From assembly GCA_943788675.1 (NCBI GenBank), contig CALSRE010000002.1, positions 6,679 to 70,678 of the forward strand: DNA of 64,000 nt, read 5' to 3'. Shown here in pieces: positions 38,053 through 48,225 of the stretch. The DNA comes from an uncultured bacterium. Lineage in GTDB: Bacteria > Fidelibacterota > Marinisomatia > Marinisomatales > Marinisomataceae. Both the position numbers and the translations under genes were made by a program. The notes under the pieces were generated by a model. The model was not told the DNA's origin. It made no database searches and saw only the letters and a program-made list of their open reading frames with translations. Position 1 is the stretch's first letter. Each line of letters opens with the position of its first letter.

Positions 38053-38549
38053 TACTCAACAGCTTGATCGAGAAATAAGGATTTATCTAATGCAGCAAAG
38101 AAGCTTTTAAAAAACAAATCGGAAAACTTTCTCTCTCCACCTTCAAAGTTTATTCTTAATGATGTTAACGCTGGATCTACAGATATTTCTTTTACTGTTA
38201 TTGTTGCAGAAAGCGTTAAAGGCGCAATAATCACATCGCTATTATCTTCAATTCCTGTTAAAGCACGCATAAACGCTTCAAAAGGGTCTTCTTCCAGGTT
38301 TGTTCTAGTTGAAGTTGTTCCTTGTGTCTTACTCGCAGTAATAAGCCCAAATTCAGCGTTTAATACATCAATAGTATACCCTAAATCTTGAAAGGTTCCT
38401 ATAGATGCTGCAATCAACTCCTTACTAGTAAAATTAAACTCTTTAGTTTCGGTTGCTCGCTTTATGGCGGTTGTTCTATCTGGCATCATAGATGCGCACC
38501 CGCTTATAAACAACCCTAACGAAAGAGTTAGTATTAAATAACGCTTCAT
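38052..38549 (-). CDS. Lipoprotein, paralog of 37486-38052
   Basis: Lipobox FISGCAS. IGTFQDLGYTIDVLNAEFGLITASK and SLRINFEGG...FFKSFFAALDKSLFLDQA. Confidence 0.6.
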   Translation of the reverse strand: MKRYLILTLSLGLFISGCASMMPDRTTAIKRATETKEFNFTSKELIAASIGTFQDLGYTIDVLNAEFGLITASKTQGTTSTRTNLEEDPFEAFMRALTGIEDNSDVIIAPLTLSATITVKEISVDPALTSLRINFEGGERKFSDLFFKSFFAALDKSLFLDQAVE

Positions 38550-38554
38550 TTTAA

Positions 38555-38959
38555 TTAATATTTAATGCTTTGATATTTGAAATTGGTAACTGCGCCATCA
38601 GCATCAAACTTAACTACTAAGGTTAAATTCTTTGAAGACTTAGAAGACTTTGAACGTCCTCCGCCAAAAATTCCAAAGAAATTACCGCTTGATCCTGCGC
38701 CTGCACCAGAAATACTAGAAGACTCTGCTTCTTGCGAAATTTTATCATAAGTCCATGCTTCTCCACCATCTGTTGTACTTGTAACTAAATTTGGCGAACC
38801 TAATAATGAAACAACCTGAGAAGAGCTCATCCCTTCTTTAAGCTGAGATTGAACTTTACCTAATGTAAAGTCATTATCTTGAGCAACTGCGGTAGGTGCT
38901 GGAACAGCACATGCAGTAAACATTAAACTTGAAAAAATAATTAGCTGTAAATATTTCAT
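38555..38959 (-). CDS. Lipoprotein with a SmpA/OmlA (BamE-like) domain and a Gly/Ser-rich insert
   Basis: Lipobox MFTACA. FTLGKVQSQLKEGMSSSQVVSLLGSPN...GGEAWTYDK resembles BamE/OmlA. Confidence 0.6.
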   Translation of the reverse strand: MKYLQLIIFSSLMFTACAVPAPTAVAQDNDFTLGKVQSQLKEGMSSSQVVSLLGSPNLVTSTTDGGEAWTYDKISQEAESSSISGAGAGSSGNFFGIFGGGRSKSSKSSKNLTLVVKFDADGAVTNFKYQSIKY

Positions 38960-39051
38960 ATTAAACCCCTTATTTTTGTTATTATATTGATTTAACTCAT
39001 TTTAAATAACATTGTTCCAAACTTAAAGAATGTATCTGAGGGATGTGCTAC

Positions 39052-39924
39052 TTATTTTTGGTATGAATTTCTTCTGAATACAAGACTCATCAGTTTGTTA
39101 TAAATCGAGCCAATATTACCTTTTCCAATTTTTTTTCCATTAATAGATGTTACTGGAATTAAATCTCTATTAGCAGATGCAATAAATGCTTCATCTGCTT
39201 TTAAAATATCATCTACTAATATAATATCTTCGCTATGATTAATATTTTTTTCATTCATGATGCGCAGTAAATTTTTTCTAGTTATACTTCCTAATATTCT
39301 ACCATCTGCTTTAGGAAGTTTTTACTTCACCATCAACTACAATAAAAAATGAAAAAGTAGTTCCTTCTAAAATCTCTTTATTGCTGGTATAAAGCACTTC
39401 ATCAAAAGGTCCATTGTGAACTAACTCCCTATGTGCCTTCATTCCCCAATAATATGTATAAGGAGTTTTCACTTCTGCATCTACTCTCTCAAATTCGATA
39501 AAACCCTAAAGCAATTCCGTTCTGGTACGACTTCTAACGGATATTTTTTAATTGGAGATGTAACGATAAACAATTCAACCTCTTGGGTAGATACTAAGCC
39601 AGATATATCGTCTGGCGTTTTTCCCGCTAATATTATCATTATGTTGCATTCATTTTTTGAAAAATCATTTTTTTCAAGTGTTTCATGTACCAAATCTCTT
39701 AATTTCGTCCTTTGAAAACGGCACGTTCATTTCCATTGATGACGCATTGCTCTAATATTCGACTTAAATGATCTTCTAAGAAAACTGGGGTTCCGTTATT
39801 TACTGTTTTAAAAAATGAGAACACTTGGTATCCGCGTGTAATACTTAAATAATTACCCCTAACAGTTAGATTAACCTCACTCTGAAGGAATAAATTGATC
39901 TCTTGAGAATGATATTAAGCTCAT
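39052..39924 (-). pseudogene. Class IV (branched-chain / D-amino-acid / ADC-lyase type) aminotransferase, frameshifted
   Basis: N-terminus MSLISFSRDQFIP..., then TRGYQVFSFFKTVNNGTPVFLEDHLSRILEQC. C-terminal ORF 39052-39258 ends ADEAFIASANRDLIPVTSINGKKIG. The pieces lie in different frames. Confidence 0.7.
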
Positions 39925-40018
39925 TATTTTATGAATGTGATTTAGCTTTTTTTGTTCCAATTACGATAGCAATCTAATTTATTTAAAATATCCCGCAATA
40001 TGACTTATATTTTCAATT

Positions 40019-41737
40019 ATGCGTTTATTCTATTTTATAGCTGATCTTTTCTATTAGCCTGCAATCAGGAGTCCGTCTGAAGTATCTAGACTGAAGTTCT
40101 CCTGCATTTTCTACGTGATATAGACGTAGATGATGAGTTCTATTTTGAAAAAGGGATATATCAAGTAACTAACAATGTTTATGTGGCAATTGGATATGGT
40201 CTAGCAAATTCTATTTTAATTACCGGCGATTCTGGTAATATTATTATTGATACCACTGAAGATCCTCAATTAGCCTCAGAAATAAATAAAGAGTTTAAAA
40301 AAATATCTAATCTGCCCAACCAAGCAATTATATATACGCACTCTCATGTAGATCATTGGCGAGGTGCACCTGGATTTATGGAAGAAAATACGAAGGTATA
40401 TGCGCATAAAACGTTTGAAAGAGGGTTTTTTAAGTCCAACAATTTGTTGCGACCTATTTTAACGGAAAGAGGTATGAAGCAGTTCGGTCACTTTTTACCT
40501 GACAGTTTAAAAAGAGGTCATGGGTTGGGCTTTACCTTGAAATTTGACTTTGAACAGCCGCCTGTTATCTATCCAACTGAATTTTTTTGATACTCAATCT
40601 ATCAAAGCTTATCTAGTTGGTGGAATTGAATTAGAAATTCAACACACGCCAGGCGAAACCGATGATCAAATTATTATTTATTATCCAGAGAAGAAGTAGT
40701 TATAAGTGGCGACAATTATTATATGCGTTTTCCCAACCTATACACGATTAGAGGAACGTCATATAGAGATACGTATAGCTGGTTTAAATCTGTAGATACT
40801 ATGCGCTCTTACAAGCCAAAATTTCTTGTTAGCTGTCATGGACCCTTCCTTTCTGGAAAAGAAACAATTGAGAAAAGGCTAGCGATTTACAGGGACGCAA
40901 TTCAGTACATTCATGATTATGCTATTAGGGGAGCCAACTTAGGCAAAACACCTGATGAGCTAGTTGAAGATTTTGAATATCCAGCTTTTTTTAAAGAGAA
41001 CTATGATTTGCAAGAAAAATATGGAAAAGTATCCTGGAGCATAAGAAATGTATACAATGGATATTTAGGATTCTTTGACGGAAGAGCTGTAAACCTTGAA
41101 CCTCTTTCAAACAAAGAACGTTCTAAGCGCATTCTTCAACTCTATAGGTAATCGACAAGCTTTAATTGAACACATTGATACAGGCTTTGCTGGAAAAAGA
41201 CTATCAATGGGCTGCAGAATTAAGCGATATTGGGCTATCTAATTTTCCTAATGATAACAACATTAAAACTCCTTTCTTAGTCAAGTCATTGGAATATCTA
41301 TCCTGTAGATGAAATTAACCCAATTGCTAGAAACTATTATCTTTCAGAAGCCTATGAACTGTCAGATAAAATTTTACCTAATTTAGAATATGTTGTTTCA
41401 GCAGAACAAGCAAAGAATATTCCCTTGCATTCTTTTTTTGATGCAATGGGTCCTAGATTAATTCCAGAAAAAGCAAAAGATAAGTTTCTAAAAATTGGTT
41501 TTGACATTTCAGACACTAATGAAAAATTTAGTGTAGTAATTCGTAATCAAATTGCAGAAGTATCTCAACAGTTATGATAACAGCTATGATGCAATAGTTA
41601 CAGTTGATTCTATGACTTGGAAAGGAATATTATTAAAAACAGAAAGTCCAGCCAAAGCTTTTGCTCTGGGCAAAATTAAAATTGAAGGAAGCTATACTAA
41701 GTTCTTACAGTTCTCTTCTCTTTTTTCTAACGATTAA
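40019..41737 (+). pseudogene. Alkyl/aryl-sulfatase (MBL fold plus dimerisation plus SCP2-like domain), multiple frameshifts
   Basis: IYQVTNNVYVAIGYGLANSILITGDSGNIIIDT, IYTHSHVDHWRGAPGF (HxHxDH), PGETDDQI, FPNLYTIRGTSYRD, and a C-terminal FALGKIKIEGSYTKFLQF (SCP2-like). Split over at least 4 frames. Confidence 0.7.
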
Positions 41738-42261
41738 TAATCTATTAAAGTAATTACTTCACCAAACTTTTCAGCAAGCTTTTTTGATCCACCTAATTTT
41801 GGTAAATCTATTAAAGCTATTATGTGCACCTCAGATGCACCTAGTTCTTGACAAAGTTCAGCGGTTGCCATCGCAGTACCGCCTGTAGCAATTAAATCAT
41901 CTACTACCAACACTTTATCTCCTTTTGAAATAGCATCTTCATGGATATGGACAGTATTTGTACCATATTCCAGCGTAAAGTGCTTTTCAGCAGCTTTTCT
42001 TGGAAGCTTTCCTGGCTTTCTAGCTAAAACATAAGATTTTGATAAAGCATATGCAATTGATCCAGACCAGAAAAATCCTCTAGATTCCACTCCGACTACT
42101 GTATTAAAATCTAAATCCTTCACTTTATCTATCATAATATCTACAGTAGATTTAAACGCATCTGGATTCTCTAAAAGTGTGGTGATATCTTTAAAAACGA
42201 TTCCTTTGATTGGATAATCTTTAACGATTGTTATTGTTTCTTTTATTTGTTCTAGTTTCAT
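41734..42261 (-). CDS. apt: Adenine phosphoribosyltransferase
   Basis: Start at the internal ATG 42261 (MKLEQIKETITIVKDYPIKGIVFKDITTLL). PRPP motif VLVVDDLIATGGTA. Confidence 0.9.
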   Translation of the reverse strand: MKLEQIKETITIVKDYPIKGIVFKDITTLLENPDAFKSTVDIMIDKVKDLDFNTVVGVESRGFFWSGSIAYALSKSYVLARKPGKLPRKAAEKHFTLEYGTNTVHIHEDAISKGDKVLVVDDLIATGGTAMATAELCQELGASEVHIIALIDLPKLGGSKKLAEKFGEVITLIDY

Positions 42262-42402
42262 ATATATTGCGCGCATAATACGCATATATGTTTGAATATC
42301 AAACAATTATAATGTTATTAAAATTTACTATTTTCTCCTTATTATTAGATTATCTATATTTTAATCCCGTGGGGATTAAAAAACTAAAAACAAAAGCAGA
42401 TT

Positions 42403-42810
42403 TTGCTTAAAGACAAAACCATCATTTTTGAAGCGTTAACTCAAAATGTTCCTGACCTCGAGCATGAAGCAGCTACGAAAGTTCTTTTTAAAATCAACCT
42501 CAACTACGAGCTAGCTATTTTATATATTATGACTCACTACTTTGAAGATAATATGCTTACAGCATCAGTGTTTACAGCGATTTACATCCTAAATCTTGGT
42601 TCTAAATCTTCATTTGTTAATTTTATTACCTTAGGAGTAAAAAAAGACTATTTTTGCTTACAGATTTCCGATGAAGATTCAAGGAAAAAATATATTGTTC
42701 CGTGTCCTGATTTTGTAAAAATTTGGTGTCAATTTATCTCAAGATCAGAAGGTGCGCCAATTGATAAAAACATTGATTGGAGCAGCTATCATCTCCGACC
42801 GCTGCGATAA
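42403..42810 (+). CDS. Hypothetical protein (TTG start in track), no family recognised
   Basis: Supported by the ORF only. It may be a remnant. Confidence 0.3.
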   Translation: MLKDKTIIFEALTQNVPDLEHEAATKVLFKINLNYELAILYIMTHYFEDNMLTASVFTAIYILNLGSKSSFVNFITLGVKKDYFCLQISDEDSRKKYIVPCPDFVKIWCQFISRSEGAPIDKNIDWSSYHLRPLR

Positions 42811-42902
42811 AATTTTAAACAAATAGAATATCTTTTACTTTTAGCTCTTAAGCTTGAATATTATGTTTTTCACATAAACCGCTTAGAAAACCCCACAGCA
42901 CT

Positions 42903-43510
42903 TTAACTGTTGATAAACCAGCTTCTTCTGCTAGCTGTTCTTTCTTCAGAAGACAATTTATTCATCAGCTCTGCACTTTGTTCTCTATGCTCCACATCAG
43001 CATCCTTGTGAACAACAAAATATTCTAATCCTTCTTTTGTTGAAACATTATAATGCTCTTTTAGGCCTTTAATCTTTGTATCTGCAATTTCAGGTACTTG
43101 TCGCTCGTAGGCATACAATGCACCCTAAGCCTTCAGCGTAAGACGATCTAGAAAGTCTAAAGAAATTATCAATCATTTCCTTGGTAAAAGCTTCTTGCTT
43201 AACAGTTTCAACTGTCATTGCTGTCAGCTCCAACTGCCAAAGCAAACTGCTTCCATAGCATTGGATGGTCTTTTTGAAAATCTTCTTCATCGCTTAAATT
43301 ATCTAAAAGGATTTTTCTATTTTCAATATCTTCACAGATTGAATGCGTGGCACTGATATAACGAGGAAATGCTTTAATATGTTGATAATATTGCTCCGCG
43401 TAATCTTGCAATATTTCTTGATTTAATTCTCCATTATTCCATGCAATATAAAATGGATGATTTAATAAGTGAAATTGATCTAATTGTTCATTTAATTTTT
43501 TTAAATACAT
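42903..43510 (-). pseudogene. Heme-oxygenase-like di-iron protein of the CADD/PqqC/TenA type, split into three frames
   Basis: HPFYIAWNNGELNQEILQDYAEQYYQHIKAFPRYI...DNLSDEE...HPMLWKQFALAVG in ORF 43208-43510. YAYERQVPEIA...FVVHKDADVEH in ORF 42903-43118. The middle piece is in a third frame. Confidence 0.65.
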
Positions 43511-43575
43511 TTTATGCTCCTAGTTTAGTTGGCTACCATTTAATTATAGTTAGAAAAAATGACATATTCATTATT

Positions 43576-44949
43576 TTAACTTTGCAAGATTTCAGAAATT
43601 CCTTTAAACCCATCTTCAACATTAACGAGGTTATGGAAACCCTTAGATTTCAGCAATGAAATGGCAATTAGTGACCTATACCCACTTCCACAATACACAT
43701 AACTTTTCTCATCTGAAACTTTTGAAAGATTCATTCCCAACTCTGATAATGACAAGTTTATAGCATTAGAGTAGTTAGCAACATCATATTCTGAAGGTTT
43801 TCTAACATCAATAATATTCTTTCCAGATATTTGTATAAAGTCTTTAGGGTTGATATTTTTAACAGTTTCAATACCTCTTCCAGTCTTTATCCAAGATTCA
43901 ACTCCACCACTTAATGCTCCTATAACATTATCAAATCCAACTCTAGAAAGACGAATTTGCGCTTCCTCAAACATGTCTTTGTCTGAGACTACTAAAAGGA
44001 TTGGAGTATTTATATCAACCAACATCTCTCCTACCCAAGGTGCAAATGACCCTTCCAATCCTATAAAAATACTATTAGGTATATGCCCAACAGTGAATTC
44101 TTCTTTTGATCTAACATCCAGAATAACAGGATGTAACTCATTTGCAATATTTTCAAATTCTTCAACAGATAACAAATTATTTCTATTATGCTTTAACAGT
44201 GTATCGACCTCTTCATAACCCTCTTTATTTAGTTTTACATTTTCTGAAAAATACTTAGGAGGTTGAGCCAGTCCATCTAAGACTTCACTTATAAATTCAT
44301 CTTTGGTCATATTTGCTCTAAGAGCATAGTTTGTTTCTAATTGATTAAAAAGTGTATCTGAAGTTTCACTGCTCATTTTTTTTCCACAAGCACTACCAGC
44401 TCCATGTGCAGGATAAATTATAACATTCGCATTTAAAGTCATTAGTTTATTTCTAAGCGAATCGAACATAATTCCTGCTAAATCTTTAGAAGTCATTTTT
44501 AATCCTTTTTGAGCTAAATCAGGTCTTCCGACATCTCCAATGAAAAGCGTATCTCCTGAAAAAAGGGCTTTTTGATTACCTTGAGCATCAATTAAGAGGT
44601 AGCAAGTGCTTTCAAGTGTATGACCTGGAGTATGAATTGCTTTAATTTTCACATCACCAAGTATAAATTCTTGTCCATCCTGCGCATTTATGATTTCAAA
44701 AGATGTCTCTGCTAAAGGCCCATAAATAATTTGTGCATCTGTTGCTTTTGCTAGACTTACATGGCCGCTAACAAAATCAGCATGGAAATGTGTTTCAAAA
44801 ATATATTTAAGATTATGATTGTTTTGAGTCAGCTTATTTAAATATGGGTTAACTTCTCTTAAGGGATCAATAATTGCAACTTCCCCCCTTGATTCTATAT
44901 AATAAGCGCCTTGAGCTAAACAACCAGTATAAATTTGTTCAATTTTCAT
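43576..44949 (-). CDS. MBL-fold hydrolase fused to two rhodanese domains (persulfide-dioxygenase/sulfurtransferase type)
   Basis: ETHFHADFVSGH, HTPGHT and GDTLFIGDVGRPD (MBL). The C-terminal rhodanese has YCGSGYRS. Confidence 0.8.
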   Translation of the reverse strand: MKIEQIYTGCLAQGAYYIESRGEVAIIDPLREVNPYLNKLTQNNHNLKYIFETHFHADFVSGHVSLAKATDAQIIYGPLAETSFEIINAQDGQEFILGDVKIKAIHTPGHTLESTCYLLIDAQGNQKALFSGDTLFIGDVGRPDLAQKGLKMTSKDLAGIMFDSLRNKLMTLNANVIIYPAHGAGSACGKKMSSETSDTLFNQLETNYALRANMTKDEFISEVLDGLAQPPKYFSENVKLNKEGYEEVDTLLKHNRNNLLSVEEFENIANELHPVILDVRSKEEFTVGHIPNSIFIGLEGSFAPWVGEMLVDINTPILLVVSDKDMFEEAQIRLSRVGFDNVIGALSGGVESWIKTGRGIETVKNINPKDFIQISGKNIIDVRKPSEYDVANYSNAINLSLSELGMNLSKVSDEKSYVYCGSGYRSLIAISLLKSKGFHNLVNVEDGFKGISEILQS

Positions 44950-44951
44950 TT

Positions 44952-45269
44952 TTACTTAATCCTCCCATTAAGAGTCATCCAACCTCCACCATTATACACC
45001 TTTGAATATCCTTTAGACTTCAAAAAACTTTTGGCAGAACCGCTTCGTATACCTGAAGCGCAACACGTGATAATTGGCTGATTTTTTTTTAATGTCTTGT
45101 ACTTCATATTTAGCTCATTCAACGGTATATTTTTTGACTTTCTAATATGACCACTTTGAAACTCATTTGGAGAACGGACATCAATTACAATAGCTCCTTC
45201 TTTTATTAACGCTTTAAAGTCAATGCTTTCTGAGCTTATTCCTAAAAACTTTAATAACCATTTTATCAT
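44952..45269 (-). CDS. Single-domain rhodanese-like sulfurtransferase
   Basis: IDVRSPNEFQSGHI...ITCCASGIRS. Confidence 0.85.
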   Translation of the reverse strand: MIKWLLKFLGISSESIDFKALIKEGAIVIDVRSPNEFQSGHIRKSKNIPLNELNMKYKTLKKNQPIITCCASGIRSGSAKSFLKSKGYSKVYNGGGWMTLNGRIK

Positions 45270-45273
45270 TTCT

Positions 45274-46698
45274 TTATCCTTTTATTTTATCATATGCTCG
45301 TAAAGCAATATCTCGCGATGCTTCAATTGAAACTATAGGTTTTGGATAATCTATACCATAGTCTATACCTGCTTCAATAAATACTTCTTCATCCGCTTCC
45401 CATGGAGCAAACAAATATTTTTCAGGCAAGTTTTTTAATTCTGGGACATACTTTTTAGTATAACTACCGTCTGGATCAAACTTCTTTCCCTGTAAAATAG
45501 GGTTAAAAATTCTAAAATAAGGAGCCGCATCAGCGCCGCTACCAGCCGTCCATTGCCAACTTGCTGTATTACTTGCTAAATCTGCGTCTACCAAACAATC
45601 ATTAAACCATTCCAGTCCAAGCCTCCAGTCAATAAGTAAATTTTTAATAAGAAAAGATGCTACTACCATTCTTACTCTATTATGCATAAATCCTGTTTCC
45701 CATAATTGTCGCATTCCAGCATCCACAATAGGATATCCTGTTTTTCCTTTTTGCCAAAGACTTAAATACTCCTCATTAGTTGCCCAGGGAAATTTATCAA
45801 AGCGCTTGTTTAAGTTTTCAGTACACATTTCTGGAAAATGGTAAATTAAATAGTAAGAAAATTCTCTCCATCCTAATTCACTATGGAAATGTCCTACATC
45901 TTTTTCTGGACAAGCAGACTTGTTATCATACCATATTTGATGTGGAGATATTTCACCAAAATGTAGGTGCGGAGATAAGACTGAAACATTATCCTTGGAA
46001 GGAAAATTTCTGCCATCCTTGTATCCTGTCAATCCATTATCTCTAAAGTGTTTATATTTATCCATAGCAGCTTTTTCACCTACGTTCCAGTACTGTTCTA
46101 ATTTATTTTTCCAATGATGTTTTGGTAGCAGATCTAAGGATTCAATATTTCCTGAAGAAGCTAGTTTTTTTGCTAATTTTAAAGACTTATCACTAGCAAC
46201 GATCTGCCTTGGACCAGTATGCTTTATAAGACATCCTTTTTTATAAAACGGGGAAAATACCTTGTAAGGCGTATTATCATCTTTAAGAATTTCCCAAGGT
46301 TCCCACAATAAAGCACCATTAAATGTTTTTACATTTATTTCCTTCTTTTTTAATAGTGCTTTTATTTCCATATCTCGCTTTATTTCCCAAGGGCTATAAG
46401 CTCTATTCCATGAAAATGACTCAATATCATGCTCTGCTATCAGTTTGGTAATAATTTCAATAGGGTTGCCTTTATAAAAATTTATTTTATTATCTAATGT
46501 AGCATTCAAGGAATGCAAAGAATGATGGAGCCACCAAGCGCTTGCTTCTCCTAGGTTAAATTCTTTTTGAGTGTTATTTACTACATCATGTATATATATT
46601 GGCATTACGGTACTACTTTGCGCTGCAAAATGTAATGAAGGGTTATCGCTAACCCTTAAATCGTTTCTAAACCAATGAATGGATATTTTATTCATCAA
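45274..46698 (-). CDS. phrB: Deoxyribodipyrimidine photolyase (class I CPD type)
   Basis: IHWFRNDLRVSDNPSL, LSPHLHFGEIS, GWREFSYY, TGYPIVDAGMRQLWETGFMHNRVRMVVASFL and WQWTAGSGADAAPYFRIFNP. Confidence 0.9.
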   Translation of the reverse strand: MMNKISIHWFRNDLRVSDNPSLHFAAQSSTVMPIYIHDVVNNTQKEFNLGEASAWWLHHSLHSLNATLDNKINFYKGNPIEIITKLIAEHDIESFSWNRAYSPWEIKRDMEIKALLKKKEINVKTFNGALLWEPWEILKDDNTPYKVFSPFYKKGCLIKHTGPRQIVASDKSLKLAKKLASSGNIESLDLLPKHHWKNKLEQYWNVGEKAAMDKYKHFRDNGLTGYKDGRNFPSKDNVSVLSPHLHFGEISPHQIWYDNKSACPEKDVGHFHSELGWREFSYYLIYHFPEMCTENLNKRFDKFPWATNEEYLSLWQKGKTGYPIVDAGMRQLWETGFMHNRVRMVVASFLIKNLLIDWRLGLEWFNDCLVDADLASNTASWQWTAGSGADAAPYFRIFNPILQGKKFDPDGSYTKKYVPELKNLPEKYLFAPWEADEEVFIEAGIDYGIDYPKPIVSIEASRDIALRAYDKIKG

Positions 46699-47446
46699 AA
46701 ATATTATTTAAAGTGTTGGCTAGCCTTACTCCAGCAATAAAGAGTTGAGACTTTACCGTGTCAAAATTTTCATAAATATAATCATACCCTAAATAATCTC
46801 CATTTTTTGCCTCAGAATATACTTTTCTTACCATTACTTGTGACTCATTTACCCATTCATCTTCTGATAGAGTTTTTACACTCGTATAATCAAAATTTGT
46901 ATTTAGATGAGCTGCAAATTCTGTATAACTCATTAGATACGTGTTAATCATTTCAGAATCCCATACTCTATGCAAATTACTATCGTTCCCAAACCATTTT
47001 ACTTTTACATCATTACCACCTCTATCTTCACCTTTTCCCACATGTAATGGTTGATGGATATCGCCAACTAAATGTACTAAGAAACGCAAATAAAATGCTT
47101 TTTCCTCCGTACTAGTTTCAGCTGATTGTAATTTTACCTTACATTGCTTAATTGCTTGAACGATATCTCCTTTGGAAGATTTTTTAGATTGTGCATACTT
47201 TATATTTATTGGCATATTTGCGTAGTGCCATGCATTGTACTTTCTAAAATCTGGATTGGATCGCATTTCATCAGCCCATGTACTTGCGACGGCCAACGAA
47301 GGATCGCTTAGAATTTTTTGAATTTCTAGTTTCGTTTTTTCCGTTAAATATGTATCAGCTATTTCGCCTGTAATCCTGTGACCTGTTTTACCCCAAGCAA
47401 ACACAAATGAAACCATTAACATTATACATACTAAATTATTTTTCAT
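46688..47446 (-). CDS. Secreted S1/P1-family zinc nuclease
   Basis: A signal peptide ending FA|WGKTGH, giving the mature N-terminal Trp typical of S1/P1. WHYANMP, HLVGDIHQPLH, GGND and NLHRVWD. Confidence 0.85.
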   Translation of the reverse strand: MKNNLVCIMLMVSFVFAWGKTGHRITGEIADTYLTEKTKLEIQKILSDPSLAVASTWADEMRSNPDFRKYNAWHYANMPINIKYAQSKKSSKGDIVQAIKQCKVKLQSAETSTEEKAFYLRFLVHLVGDIHQPLHVGKGEDRGGNDVKVKWFGNDSNLHRVWDSEMINTYLMSYTEFAAHLNTNFDYTSVKTLSEDEWVNESQVMVRKVYSEAKNGDYLGYDYIYENFDTVKSQLFIAGVRLANTLNNIFDE

Positions 47447-47448
47447 AC

Positions 47449-47595
47449 TTATCTCGATTTTTTTCTATTTTTATTTTTTCTACACTTTTCGCTACAATAA
47501 ACAACTTCATCCCAATTTTTTTTCCATTTTTTTCTCCAATTAAATGAAAAGCTACAAATGGGGCAAATTTTTGATGGAAGATGTTCTTTTTTCAA
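47449..47595 (-). CDS. DUF2256-type small zinc-ribbon protein (48 aa, TTG start, below the ORF-track threshold)
   Basis: LKKEHLPSKICPICSFSFNWRKKWKKNWDEVVYCSEKCRKNKNRKKSR. This matches the CxxC...WRKKW..NWDEV.YCSxxC pattern of DUF2256. Its stop lies 2 nt before the S1/P1 nuclease ATG. Confidence 0.6.
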   Translation of the reverse strand: MKKEHLPSKICPICSFSFNWRKKWKKNWDEVVYCSEKCRKNKNRKKSR

Positions 47596-47618
47596 TTTAC
47601 AAAAAAATATTCTAAAAT

Positions 47619-48224
47619 TTATAATCCAATACTCAATTTTAAGCCATAATTGGTAAATTGTTGCTCATTCTTATCTGGTAACCCTTGGTATGTTTCAAGT
47701 GATAATCCAATGAAACGATTTACATGAAAGGTTAGGCCATAATTCATACCCATATCAAACTGCTTAGCATCTAAATCTGATGGTTTAAAGTCGTAGATTG
47801 CTGGTAAAACAATGCTATCTAAGTCACTAACTTGTGATGATAGATTAATTCCCACCATTGGACCTAAATAGAACGATACATTTCCAACGCTTATATTTGC
47901 ATTGACAAATACATCAAAATAAGAATGTCGCATCAAAACATCTAATGTACTGTTTTCAGCAGAGGGATTTCCGTCTAAAAGATAGTCATTCAAATTAATT
48001 GAACTTCCGCCTCTTTCTGAAAACTGGAATCCAAAGTTTAATGGGCTATTCATAAATAAAAATCCAATATTTTTTGATACTCCAAAATAAGTTCCTGATG
48101 AAAAGTCAGAAGAAGAGCCAACTGATAGTTGCTGGTGACCTGCAAATACATTTAATGATCTCTTTTCTTGAGCGTTTACAAGTGTAAAACCAATTAAGAA
48201 CATAATTAAAAATCTTTTTATCAT
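47619..48224 (-). CDS. Small outer-membrane beta-barrel protein
   Basis: Signal peptide, alternating beta-strand pattern, C-terminal YGLKLSIGL. Confidence 0.6.
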   Translation of the reverse strand: MIKRFLIMFLIGFTLVNAQEKRSLNVFAGHQQLSVGSSSDFSSGTYFGVSKNIGFLFMNSPLNFGFQFSERGGSSINLNDYLLDGNPSAENSTLDVLMRHSYFDVFVNANISVGNVSFYLGPMVGINLSSQVSDLDSIVLPAIYDFKPSDLDAKQFDMGMNYGLTFHVNRFIGLSLETYQGLPDKNEQQFTNYGLKLSIGL

Positions 48225-48225
48225 C

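Noticed and set aside
42361-42379. A perfect 8-bp hairpin, TTAATCCC-GTG-GGGATTAA, in the divergent region between apt and ORF 42403.
   Set aside because: It lies upstream of both genes, so it is not a terminator. It is short and unique in the window, and there is no evidence for a riboswitch or operator.
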